Assembly (NCBI GenBank): GCA_963823665.1
Contig: CAWGMQ010000007.1
Coordinates: 352,001-416,000, forward strand
Source of the DNA: an uncultured Planctomycetota bacterium
Lineage (GTDB): Bacteria; Planctomycetota; Planctomycetia; Isosphaerales; Isosphaeraceae
Direction of reading: 5' to 3'
DNA length: 64,000 bases
The notes under the pieces were generated by a model that did not search any database, had not been told where the DNA came from, and saw only the letters and a list, made by a program, of their open reading frames with translations. Each line of letters starts with the position of its first letter. The stretch's first letter is position 1. Below are positions 1-9,505 of the stretch, one piece after another. Both the position numbers and the translations under genes were made by a program.

Positions 1-365
1 TCTGGGCCGGGGGCTTCTCCCTCGCGGTCTCCAAGTGATTCGGCATCGACATTCGCCGCTGCCATTTCCGCTGCAAATGTCTCCGTCTCCGCCGCACCGT
101 CGACTGCGGCTTCGTGCCGGTGGTGCTCGTCGAGCAGTTGGTGAGCGATCGTAAGGTCCTTGGAGTGGACCTGAACCTTGATTCCGCCGATCGCGTTCGA
201 GAGCAGCCAGTCCATAGCGACGGTGCTTTCGTCCGAGAGCACGGCAGCGAGGCCGGCTTCGCACAGGTGGTTGAGCGCCATTCTCGCCGAGACCGCATCA
301 TCGTATGTGGCGACGGTCACCAGCTCGTCGCTCGTTGTCGGTGCATCAAAATCCGGGTCGTTCAT
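1..365 (-). CDS. DUF2007-like (putative signal-transducing) protein, runs off window start
   Basis: Own translation from ATG at 365: MNDPDFDAPTTSDELVTVATYDDAVSARMALNHLCEAGLAAVLSDESTVAMDWLLSNAIGGIKVQV; matches the DUF2007 pattern (LVTVATY...L..AGI.A...DE...GGIKVQV). Absent from the ORF track because it is truncated. Confidence 0.75.
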   Translation of the reverse strand, partial: MNDPDFDAPTTSDELVTVATYDDAVSARMALNHLCEAGLAAVLSDESTVAMDWLLSNAIGGIKVQVHSKDLTIAHQLLDEHHRHEAAVDGAAETETFAAEMAAANVDAESLGDREGEAPGP

Positions 366-537
366 TGCGGCTTCTCGCTTCACATCGCGTCGCGAACGAG
401 TTCGTAGCGGCTGTGCGAGTCGCTGGCCGTTCATGCTACACTACTTCGACGGCAAAAGCAGGGTAATTGCAGCGCAAGACGGCTATTTCGCATGATTCAC
501 GCGCAGCAATCCTGGCGCTCTTGGCCACTCGGCTCGC

Positions 538-1172
538 TCACTTGAACGTCGGCCGGTAGAGTGGCGCCAGGCTCAGAACCTCGGGCAGCTCGGCGACGGC
601 CGGGAGCTGTGAGACCGGCAGCATACCCACGACCGTGCCGTACTGGTGCTCGCGATCGTGACTTGCATGCCCGCGTTCTGCAAGTCGGTCAAGAGAGTGG
701 CGAACTCGGCCGGATTATTGTCGTGCACCTGGATTCCGACGCTGGTTCCCTGAATGACCACCAGGTTGGCGCCGTTGGTCGCGGGAAGGTCGGCGGGAAA
801 CCCCCCGGGGTCCTGTTCGTACGCGTCGTAAATGACGTCCAGGGTCTGGGAGACATTGGGCGGAAGACTGGTTTGCGAACCGGGACCCGTTGTACCTCCC
901 GCTCGAGCTAAGATTTGATCCAGCCGCACGTCTTGCCGTGACATCAGTCGCTCTTCGGCGGCAATCCGTTTGATCACGACGCGTTCGTGCCTGGTCCCCG
1001 GCCGAGCCGATTCAAGCGACAATTGCAGGCGGCCAACTTGCCGCGCCTCCACCTTCAGCGCTGCCCCAATAACGGCCCCCGCGGAAATTGACGTCGGCGC
1101 GAGTCGCAAGTCCAGACATTCCAGACCCGGCTGGGTTTTGCGCGGTTTTCTTTCGTATCGAAGCGATTTCAT
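538..1172 (-). CDS. Exported protein with planctomycete leader and a C-terminal subtilase-prodomain-like domain (frameshift near 645)
   Basis: Start MKSLRYERKPRKTQPGLECLDLRLAP. After a frameshift near 645 the protein continues YGTVVGMLPVSQLPAVAELPEVLSLAPLYRPTFK* (stop 538-540). Confidence 0.6.
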
Positions 1173-1206
1173 GACTGATCTTCTCCAGGATGTCCGTAGT
1201 GAGTGA

Positions 1207-1707
1207 TTAACCCGCGCGCCTCGCATGAGCCGCGAAGATGGCTGGGCTCGGGACGATTTCAAACGTGGCAGATGCACCGTTGGGGTCCAACTGGTCGTGC
1301 GCAACGTACGTTCCCGTCACGGAGCTCGCGGACCAGGCGGCCGTCAGGGTGATCGTCGCGCCTGGCGCTAATTCCTTGAGCATGACGTAATCAGGCGTCA
1401 ATCCGGCGTTTGAACGCCAGATCGTATTACCGGCCTTCGTGACGGAGAATCCGTCGATGCTCGGTCCGAGCCCGACGAACACGTTATGGCCGGTATCATT
1501 CGTCTCGGTGAAGGTCATTGTCACCGTTTCGCCTTGCGTGTAGCTCGGGTGGTCGGTCGTAAGGGTAACTTCCAGAGACGGAGCAGCCCCTCCAATCACG
1601 GAAGGCACGCCGCGGGAGAGCTGCTGGCCAATCAATCCCAACGCCATGTGGGATAAAAGGCTCTTGGCTTCCAGGGACTCGATGCTTGGCCTCAGTTGTT
1701 GTCTCAT
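1207..1707 (-). CDS. Exported BsuPI-like (proteinase-inhibitor-type Ig fold) protein with planctomycete leader
   Basis: MRQQLRPSIESLEAKSLLS leader, AAGAGGAAG RBS; LTTDHPSYTQGETVTMTFT...IWRSN...LAPGATITLTAAW is typical of BsuPI-related domains. Confidence 0.65.
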   Translation of the reverse strand: MRQQLRPSIESLEAKSLLSHMALGLIGQQLSRGVPSVIGGAAPSLEVTLTTDHPSYTQGETVTMTFTETNDTGHNVFVGLGPSIDGFSVTKAGNTIWRSNAGLTPDYVMLKELAPGATITLTAAWSASSVTGTYVAHDQLDPNGASATFEIVPSPAIFAAHARRAG

Positions 1708-1770
1708 TGACTTCCTCTTTAAATCAAAAATTTCTTGTTTTTCTACATTTTTTACATGAACAATATATGA

Positions 1771-1787
1771 TGCAAATGGCATGCCAA
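1771..1787 (-). promoter_or_regulatory. Sigma-54 (RpoN) -24/-12 promoter
   Basis: Minus strand reads TTGGCATGCCATTTGCA, an exact GG-N10-GC spacing with TGGCA and TTGCA boxes, in an AT-rich tract about 65 bp upstream of ATG 1707. Confidence 0.7.
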
Positions 1788-2026
1788 TAAATAGACATCG
1801 ATCGCTCTGGATCGGCGCGGCGCATGCATTGATGCGCTCTGGCGACCGGAATGCTCTAGAGAGGGCGGAAGTCGAGCCCGCAGTGAGTGCCACTGGCCAG
1901 GCCAGAGTGGTGGCGGTCGCGTGGTGCTCAGAAACCGATCCCGTGTAAAATCAGTTTCTCGAATGGTAACCACGCTGTAATCCCGGCGCTCTGTGCTCAG
2001 TCCGCTCAATTTTGCGGAGGTCGTGG

Positions 2027-2147
2027 ATGGCGCTCAGCACCGACGTCACGCTTCCCCGCAAGCACATTCCTGTGTTCCCGGACCGCTGTGTGGCCTGAAT
2101 TCCGCGACGAAGACTACGCTGAAGAATTCGCCGAGCTCAACACCTAG
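2027..2147 (+). pseudogene. Internally deleted gene remnant
   Basis: GGAGG RBS + MALSTDVTLPRKHIPVFPDRCVA* joined out of frame to a C-terminus-like EFRDEDYAEEFAELNT*. Confidence 0.45.
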
Positions 2148-2296
2148 GCTTGCCTCACTCCCTCCCAGTTGGCCGCCGCTTATCGTCGTTGCTTCGGCGG
2201 GTCTTGTACGCGGCCCGGAAATAAAAATCCCTCCCGACACGTCATCGTCGGGAGGGCCTCCGAATCGGATTATTAGAATCCCGCGACCGCCTGTTG

Positions 2297-3466
2297 CTAC
2301 TTCCTTCGCCCTACTGGCAGCGTGACGGGCTTCTCGCGATAGATCAGCTTCGACTTCAACTCGAATCCTTTGTCGAGAGCACGGTACTCGAACGGCCCGT
2401 CGCCGAATGGATCCTGGATCTCCTTGAGCCTGTCCGGCCCGCCCAGGGCGACGGCTACAGCGGCCTTGAAAAGCGCCGTTCGGGTGACAGTGCGGCGCTC
2501 GGTCGCGACCATGGAATCCGTCATGGGAAGGATCTGGTCGGCGACCGGGTTTGCAGCGATCGCCCTCTTGGCGAAATCGGGGTACCGTGCATCAAAGTCT
2601 TTCCAGGGCAAGCCCGTCATCTTTGCGAGCTCATCGTAGAAGGGGAGCAGATCCTCGAGCCAGGTGACGGCTTGCTCGAACGTCTTGACGGATTCGATTG
2701 AGTCGCGTTTCCGAATGTCCTTTTGCTCGCTGCTCACGAGAATCGCGTGGAACATTTCTTTCCAAACGTTATGCCAGGAACCTTTCTCGTGTTGTTCGGC
2801 ACTCTTCAGCTTTCGGATGATTGACATCAGAAAGACTTCTTTCTCCTCGTGGACGACTTGCTCGAGCGTTGCCCCTGCGGGCAGCGCATTCAGGTCTGTA
2901 AACGCGGCCTCGGTCAGGACCGATTTCAACTCGGGCAGATAGGGGGCCACTGCGTCGATCGCAACCGACTCGAGCGCGCGACCCGCAAACCGTTGGATAA
3001 ACAATGGTTCCATTTCCAGGTGGCGTCCGAGCTTCAGCACGGCGATCACGTCTTCCCATCCCGCCTTTCCGTGGCCTTGCTCGAATTCGTACCTCGCATT
3101 CAGGGCGGCCAAGTGCGCCAGGGTCCGCGCCTTCGGGAGATACGGGAGACGGAGGTATAAGCCATCTTCGTAGTCCAGGCTCCAATCACATCGCAGTAAC
3201 CTGGCTCCGCGGCGCAAGGACTCGAGGCTTCCCTGGGACCGTTCGATCAGCTTGAGCGCGGCCGCGTCGAGGGGAGCTTTGCTCCAATCCTCGAGGAGCT
3301 TTTCGTCGTTCTTGTCTATGGTCGGCATGAGAGCGAAGGCCTGCCAGTACTTCATCGCCGCGTTGGACCCGGTGTCGGGTTTGGCGTCCAAAGCCTGCGC
3401 CGCCGCGGGCGCGGGCGGGAACAGGGTGATGGAAAGGAAGAGCGCTCCGAGGTACCAGTGTTGCAT
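2297..3466 (-). CDS. Secreted helical hypothetical protein (conserved planctomycete type)
   Basis: Sec signal peptide (MQHWYLGALFLSITLFPPAPAAAQA); NAAMKYWQAF and DPFGDGPFEYR motifs; start overlaps the stop of the upstream gene. Confidence 0.8.
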   Translation of the reverse strand: MQHWYLGALFLSITLFPPAPAAAQALDAKPDTGSNAAMKYWQAFALMPTIDKNDEKLLEDWSKAPLDAAALKLIERSQGSLESLRRGARLLRCDWSLDYEDGLYLRLPYLPKARTLAHLAALNARYEFEQGHGKAGWEDVIAVLKLGRHLEMEPLFIQRFAGRALESVAIDAVAPYLPELKSVLTEAAFTDLNALPAGATLEQVVHEEKEVFLMSIIRKLKSAEQHEKGSWHNVWKEMFHAILVSSEQKDIRKRDSIESVKTFEQAVTWLEDLLPFYDELAKMTGLPWKDFDARYPDFAKRAIAANPVADQILPMTDSMVATERRTVTRTALFKAAVAVALGGPDRLKEIQDPFGDGPFEYRALDKGFELKSKLIYREKPVTLPVGRRK

Positions 3467-3912
3467 CAGTCGTCTCCTACCAAGGATTGAAGTGCCGTAG
3501 CGGACCGAGTGAAAGCAGAGATTTGTACGAGTTCAGGGTTGGATTCCCGGGTGGCCAACGCATCCCTGGCGAGCAAGGCATCCAGGTCTTCGGGTGAGCG
3601 TGAAAGCGCGTTCCGGTAGATCAAAAATGTGGACCCCGCGTCGTCGACGGCGACGGGTGGCGCGAGCTCGGACTGGGTAAGGACGACATGCGGCGCCGGT
3701 TCAAGGTTTCGGACGCCACCCCACCTCAGGAGGACCGTCACCGCGCAAGCCGCAGCCAGGCCGCTTGCGAGGGCGAGGCCCCATCGCGATCGCGAGCTTG
3801 GAGATCGGGAGCGCGCCTGATGGCCGGCGATCCGCCGCCGCAATCCCGGTGTCGCGTCGTGCGGCCGAAGGGCCGCGAGTTCGGCTTCGAGGTCCTCATT
3901 TGCGTCATTCAT
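3466..3912 (-). CDS. Putative single-pass anti-sigma factor
   Basis: DLEAELAALRP N-terminus, one TM helix (WGLALASGLAAACAVTVLL), translationally coupled (ATGA) to the ECF sigma gene. Confidence 0.65.
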   Translation of the reverse strand: MNDANEDLEAELAALRPHDATPGLRRRIAGHQARSRSPSSRSRWGLALASGLAAACAVTVLLRWGGVRNLEPAPHVVLTQSELAPPVAVDDAGSTFLIYRNALSRSPEDLDALLARDALATRESNPELVQISAFTRSATALQSLVGDD

Positions 3913-4412
3913 CGGATCGGTTCCTCCGCCAACTGCTCGCCCAGCTTGGCAAGTGCGTAGCGATATCGAGACTTGGCTGTGTTGTCCGAGATCTTTAGTA
4001 CTTCAGCGATTTGTGGGAACGACAGTTCGCCCCAGATTCTCATCACCAGAACTTCCCGCTGGCTTTCGGGAAGCCCGCGCAGAGCGGCCTCGATGGCCAT
4101 GCGACGTTCGTTCTGCTCGAGCGGGCCGGCGAACAAGGTCGCGGTCTCCGAACGCGCCGTGGCTTCCTCGCGCCGGGACTGCCGTTGCCGATTGCGCTGC
4201 CAGTCGAGTGCCACGTGTTTCACGCAGGCGTAGAAGTATGCGGCTGGATCAGCAACTCGGTCTCGTGACCGCCAGAAGCGGATGAACGCTTCCTGCACGA
4301 CGTCCTCGGCATCAGCCCGGTGCGGCACCCACTGCCGCGCGAGCAGGATCAGCGAAGCGATGTGCTGGTCGAGCCAGACCGTCCATTGTTCGGAATCGTC
4401 CGCCATGCTCAT
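3909..4412 (-). CDS. ECF sigma-70 factor
   Basis: Region 2 DAEDVVQEAFIRFW; region 4 LPESQREVLVMRIWGELSFPQIAEVL...TAKSRYRYAL. Confidence 0.92.
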   Translation of the reverse strand: MSMADDSEQWTVWLDQHIASLILLARQWVPHRADAEDVVQEAFIRFWRSRDRVADPAAYFYACVKHVALDWQRNRQRQSRREEATARSETATLFAGPLEQNERRMAIEAALRGLPESQREVLVMRIWGELSFPQIAEVLKISDNTAKSRYRYALAKLGEQLAEEPIR

Positions 4413-4623
4413 CGCCCAGCCACTGGAAAAATTGTTCTACAATGAAGACTCCGCCGGATCGCGATTCGGTCTAATCAGCCCGTCCTGGCCGGACCGATCC
4501 GAGGTGCTCCTCGGGAACGTACGTATCCTTGGTAAGCTAATTCTTCTAAAAAGTCAGGTCCGAAAGCTTCACTTGCTGCATAGTAGTGTGAGTGGAACGA
4601 ACTTCACGGCGAGACGCGCATTC

Positions 4624-6276
4624 ATGCGAAGCGGACAACCCGGCGGCCCATTGCGGCAATTGCGAGCCCTGTTCCAGGTCGGGACGGCGACGGGGCTCAC
4701 CGATGGCGAGCTTCTCGACCAGTACAACGCCAGGAGGGCTGAATCGGCCGAGGCAGCGGCAGCGGCGGAAATGGCCTTCGCGGCGCTCCTGGATCGCCAT
4801 GGGGCAATGGTCTGGGGGGTCTGCCGCCGCGTGCTCGGCGATTGTCACGAGGCGGAGGACGCCTTCCAGGCCACCTTTCTCGTTCTCGTGCGCAAGGCCG
4901 GATCGGTGCGTGTGAATGGGTCTCTCGGCCGCTGGCTTTATGCAGTCGCCCATCGGGTTGCGCTTTGCGCAAGGTCCCAAAGCGGGCAATGGAGAACGGA
5001 GGTCGTCGGAATGCCCGAGGAGTCGAGCGATGACCCGGCGGGCGAGGTGGAGCTCAGGGACCTCCGCGCCGTCATCGGCGAGGAGCTGGACGGGCTGCCA
5101 ACTAAATACCGATGCCCCGTCGAGCTCTGTCACCTTCAAGGGATGACGTATGACGAGGCGGCCCGGCAGCTCAACTGGCCGGTAGCCACAGTCAAGAACC
5201 GACTCACCAAGGGCCGGCTCACGCTCCGGGCGAGGCTCACGCGACGAGGGCTCGCGCCCTGCGCCGTCGCAACCGGGGTGACCATGGCATTCACCAATGA
5301 GGCCCGCGCGGCCGTGCCGCACGGGCTCGTTCAATCCACCGTCCGCGCAGTCGCTGCGCCAGCAACTGGCGCGGTCGCGGCAGCGGTTGCTGACCTTACG
5401 AGCGGAGTCGTCAAGATGATGATGTGGGAGAAGCTCAGGCTAGTTGCGGCGGCCGTCCTCATCGCCGCAGGTCTTGCGGTGCCAGTCCTGTCGCTGCAGG
5501 CGCAAAGCGGTGGCGGTCGCGCAGCGCGGCCGTCTCAAGCGGCGGCGCGCCGGGCGGGCGAACCGGACGAAAAGGAAGTGCCCGATCGCCGCTGGACGCG
5601 AACCCTGCCCAGTGGTGCGACGGTCGAGGTGATCGGAGTTTCCTCCGTACCTTCTGGCCCCCAGACCTGGTGGCGCCCCGACGGAACGCCGCTAGACCCA
5701 GCGCCATGCGACCCGATCGAGAATCAAGCTGGCGCCGACGATGTCACCGATAAGGTGTTCGTGATTCGCGTGTCCCGCATACCTCGGGAGGCTGACCATG
5801 AGTGGTCGATCGCCGAGGCCAGCGGGTCAGTGCAGGGGCCGACCAAGCGCGACGGCAAACGCTTACCCGGTCTGTTCGAGACGATATCAACGCTTCCAGC
5901 CGATGCACGAAATTGCACAATCCGTTTCAAGGTCGCGGTCGGTCCGTGGAAAACCATTCAGACCACGGCGAAGAATTCCGGCTGTGGTGGCACCAAGGAC
6001 GGAGCAAGCTACATCTGCGGTCACGCAATCGCGATCGCGACGGGAACGTCGTTATCAGTCACTCATAATATTCAGAACCAGGCAGTGCGACTGGTCGCCG
6101 TCGGCGTAGCCGGAAGTGAACACCCAGGGGTGAGCCGGTCGACCATCGATGTAACGGTCTTTCGACAAGTCACGTTTGAATTTGACCAGCCCCTGGAGCA
6201 AATCAAGGAGTTCCGGCTCGAGGCACGGCCCTACGAACAGGTTGAGATCCCGAGTATTGCTCTCCGTCGGAGATGA
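4624..6276 (+). CDS. ECF sigma-70 factor with TM helix and C-terminal extracytoplasmic extension
   Basis: LTDGELL..AFAALLDRHGAMVWGVCRRVL..AEDAFQATFLVL; region 4 EAARQLNWPVATVKNRL; TM LVAAAVLIAAGLAVPVL; C-terminal domain LPSGATVEVIGVS..WWRPDG. Confidence 0.9.
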   Translation: MRSGQPGGPLRQLRALFQVGTATGLTDGELLDQYNARRAESAEAAAAAEMAFAALLDRHGAMVWGVCRRVLGDCHEAEDAFQATFLVLVRKAGSVRVNGSLGRWLYAVAHRVALCARSQSGQWRTEVVGMPEESSDDPAGEVELRDLRAVIGEELDGLPTKYRCPVELCHLQGMTYDEAARQLNWPVATVKNRLTKGRLTLRARLTRRGLAPCAVATGVTMAFTNEARAAVPHGLVQSTVRAVAAPATGAVAAAVADLTSGVVKMMMWEKLRLVAAAVLIAAGLAVPVLSLQAQSGGGRAARPSQAAARRAGEPDEKEVPDRRWTRTLPSGATVEVIGVSSVPSGPQTWWRPDGTPLDPAPCDPIENQAGADDVTDKVFVIRVSRIPREADHEWSIAEASGSVQGPTKRDGKRLPGLFETISTLPADARNCTIRFKVAVGPWKTIQTTAKNSGCGGTKDGASYICGHAIAIATGTSLSVTHNIQNQAVRLVAVGVAGSEHPGVSRSTIDVTVFRQVTFEFDQPLEQIKEFRLEARPYEQVEIPSIALRRR

Positions 6277-6477
6277 CCTTCCGGAATCCTGATCACAACT
6301 GTAGGCGACTGCACGAGGGTCGACGGAGAATCCTGGACCGCGCGGATCGAACGCATGGAGCTGCGACGCACCGATTGGGTTTACCTTAATGCCCCGGAGG
6401 CCCAGCGTGTCCCCGACGCGACAACGGAGGGGGTTCTATCGCCCTTGCACGCCCGAGACTGATCCTGAGGAATTCAC

Positions 6478-8089
6478 ATGAGAGTCCATCGCTCGATCTC
6501 ATTTCGACTTGAAGCCATGGAGGGAAAAGTCCTTCTCGCGTCGGGGATAGGGGACCCGGCGGCGGCGTTAGAGATCGGGGCCAGGAAGGCCCCGAAGCCG
6601 TTCATTTTCAACGGCGAGCTGCCACTGAAACTCACTGCGACATTTGACGAGGCCCTCGGGGAAAACACCTATACTGAAGTGACCCCCGGCTTCCGGGAGA
6701 AGAAGCCATTCACGCCGATGGGGAACGCGGTCAAGGTATCGGGGGCGCTCGGGCATCCCGGAGTCGATTCTTCCGATGGGCTGCCGAGCGTGGCTTATTC
6801 GACGTTCCGGCTCTCGAACGCCAAGGGGAGTCTGCTCGTGACCTTGTCGCCATCGACGACCAATGCTTACGGCTTCACGATCTCGGGAGCGACGAAGCAA
6901 TTCGTGAGGGCGGATGGAACCTCCGGCACAGCCGTGTTCGCTGTCGCCCCCAAAACAGGATTCGCTTTGACGTTCAAGACGACCGGTCATGGTAGCCAAT
7001 CGTCGAATCCGCCAATAAGTGGAACACTCGTGACTCTTGCCTCATTCAACGGGACCGCGAGCGGAACCGATGGGGGGTATCCGAATGCCGGGGTCGCTCT
7101 GGATTCGCAGGGAAACCTGTTCGGGACTACCGAGAGTGGCGGGACCACGGGCGATGGAACTGTGTTCGAGATCGCCAAGGGGAGCAGCTCGCCCACGACT
7201 GTCGCGTCATTTGACGGCACCGACGGGGCGAACCCTGTTGCCGGCGTGGCCCTCGACTCCCAGGGGAACCTCTACGGGACGACCGTGTATGGCGGCTCCG
7301 GCCAGGTGGGGACGGTCTGGGAGATTGTCAAGGGGAGCGACACCATCACCACCCTCGGCACATTCGACGGAACCAATGGAGCTAGACCTCGGGGCGGCGT
7401 GGTTGTGGACGCGCAGGGCAATCTCTTCGGGACAACGTCTGCTGGCGGGTCGGCGAACTCGGGGACGGTCTGGGAGATCGTCAACGGGAGCTATACGATC
7501 ACGCCTCTCGCTTCTCTGAGCGGCACCAACGGACTTCCTGCCGGCGGTGTGGCGCTGGCACGCGCAGGGCAACCTCTATGGATCGGGTTACCAGTCGGTG
7601 TGGGAACTCGCCAAGGGGAGCAGCACCGTCACCACCATCGTCGCGCACTACTCGGCCGAGTTTTTGACTCTGGACGCGCAGGGGAATCTCTACGGAACCG
7701 CGTACAGTGGGGCCACACATGGGTCTTTTGCCTGGGAGCTCAATCGGCTTGCCAATGGTACCGACAGCTTCACGGTCCTTGGCACCGAGACCGGTAGCTC
7801 TTCGCTCGGCGCCGGCCTGACGCTGGACGCGCAGGGAAATTTTTATGGAACAAGCTCTGCGGGCGGCGCTTACGGTGATGGGATGCTCTGGGAAATCGTG
7901 AGAGGTAGCAATACCGTCACCACGCTCGTCTCCTTCAACGGAAGCAACAAATCGCCGTCGCTTGGCGGCTTGGCCGTGGACGGGGATGGCAATATCTTCG
8001 GCACGACCGCTCTGGGCGGGTCTTTTGGTTTTGGCACTGTTTGGGAGTTCATCGTAGCCGCTGTCGCGAGCGTTCGCGCCGTGAATTGA
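6478..8089 (+). CDS. Exported GloVer-type (choice-of-anchor tandem repeat) beta-propeller protein; frameshift at ~7559
   Basis: Leader LEAMEGKVLLA; repeats of LASFNGT.G..P.AGVALDSQGNLYGTT..GG....GTVWEI. An extra C at 7559 (ctggCacgcgcag vs ctggacgcgcag in sister repeats) joins ORFs 6478..7797 and 7547..8089. Confidence 0.85.
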
Positions 8090-8134
8090 AGGATTAGACC
8101 GTCAACTTTTGGTCTCGCCGTTTGGACAACAACG

Positions 8135-9412
8135 ATGCATTTCCATCTTGTGCACAGAACAGTCAAACCCTCACGCCGGCGCGGCAGTTACCGGATTCAT
8201 CCGGAAGTGATGAGACTGGAGGAACGGGCCATGCTGAGCCTTACCATCCAGATCAATTATGAGTTCGACACAAATGATTTTTTTAACACTCAAGCCAAGA
8301 AGGATGCGATGCAGACGGTCGCCAACCAGGTGGCGGCGACGATCAACGATCACCTGGCGGCGATCGTACCGTCCGGCACGAATACCTGGACGGCCTCCTT
8401 CATTGATCCCTCCACCGGGCTGGAACGGGAAATCAATAACCTGGTCGTACCTGCCGACACATTGATCGTCTACGCCGGCGGCCAGGCATTGCCCTTTTCC
8501 GTCGGAGCGGAAGCCGGTCCAGGAGTCTCAGACCCCGGTTCAACCGTACCGATAACACCCGGAGTAGACCCAGCCTACGAGGCCTGGTCTGCGACTGTGA
8601 CCCAGCGCGGAAAGTCTCCGGCATCCGGGCCGACGGCGCCGGTCTTCGCGCCCTGGGGAGGCTCGATATCCTTTAGCACGGCGGAACAATTCGACTTCGG
8701 AACAGGTATGCAGACGCCGCCCGGCGAGATCAATTTCAACCCGCCGCTCGATTTCGCCGCGGTCGCCTGGCACGAGTTGGGACATGTGCTGGGAATCGGG
8801 TTAGCCCCGACCTGGCAACGCTACGTCACGCCGGGCGGTTTCACCGGCCCGAATGCAGAGGCCGTCTATGGCGGCCCGGTACCACTTCAGCCCGGAGGCG
8901 GCCACTGGGCCGCGGGGCTCGTCTTTGACGGCACCCTGGACTTGATGGACGGCGGTGGCGATAGCGCGGCCGAATCCGCGTCGGGGACGGTGCGCCTGGA
9001 CCCCGTCTTCTCTTGGCTCGACTACGCGGCACTCGAGGACATCGGCTGGGTGGTCCAGCCGCCAGCAATGGCCGCAGTTATTCCCCAAGCCACGGGCATT
9101 GTCAGCGTCACGCAATCCAGGAAGGGCATTACATCAATCACGATCGGGTTCAACGAAGCCCTGGACCCAGGCTCAGCGGAGAATCGGGGCCTATACAGCG
9201 TCCTGGAAGGCGTAAAGAAGCGCAAGAAGACGGTCTACAGCAAGGCAGACACCATCAAGAGCATCAGCTACGACGGCAACAATCACACCGTGGCGATCAA
9301 GCTTGCCAGGGCCTACAAGGGTATGGTGCGTGTGACGGTCGATAGCGGCATCGTCGCCGGCGACGGTGCCTCAAGCAGCGGCGCATTTTCGGCGGTCGCC
9401 AAGTGGAAATGA
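8135..9412 (+). CDS. Exported zinc metalloprotease (matrixin/leishmanolysin-like) with C-terminal Ig-like domain
   Basis: Leader LEERAMLS; HELGHVLGIG zinc motif, distal GHW and LMD Met-turn-like element. Confidence 0.85.
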   Translation: MHFHLVHRTVKPSRRRGSYRIHPEVMRLEERAMLSLTIQINYEFDTNDFFNTQAKKDAMQTVANQVAATINDHLAAIVPSGTNTWTASFIDPSTGLEREINNLVVPADTLIVYAGGQALPFSVGAEAGPGVSDPGSTVPITPGVDPAYEAWSATVTQRGKSPASGPTAPVFAPWGGSISFSTAEQFDFGTGMQTPPGEINFNPPLDFAAVAWHELGHVLGIGLAPTWQRYVTPGGFTGPNAEAVYGGPVPLQPGGGHWAAGLVFDGTLDLMDGGGDSAAESASGTVRLDPVFSWLDYAALEDIGWVVQPPAMAAVIPQATGIVSVTQSRKGITSITIGFNEALDPGSAENRGLYSVLEGVKKRKKTVYSKADTIKSISYDGNNHTVAIKLARAYKGMVRVTVDSGIVAGDGASSSGAFSAVAKWK

Positions 9413-9505
9413 CAACGTCTCGCAGAATGGCCTTATCGATGATCTCGATTTCGCGTCGGCGCGAGTGCGTGCTCGAAGCGGTGCGCTGGACGCTAGGAGC
9501 GATCT

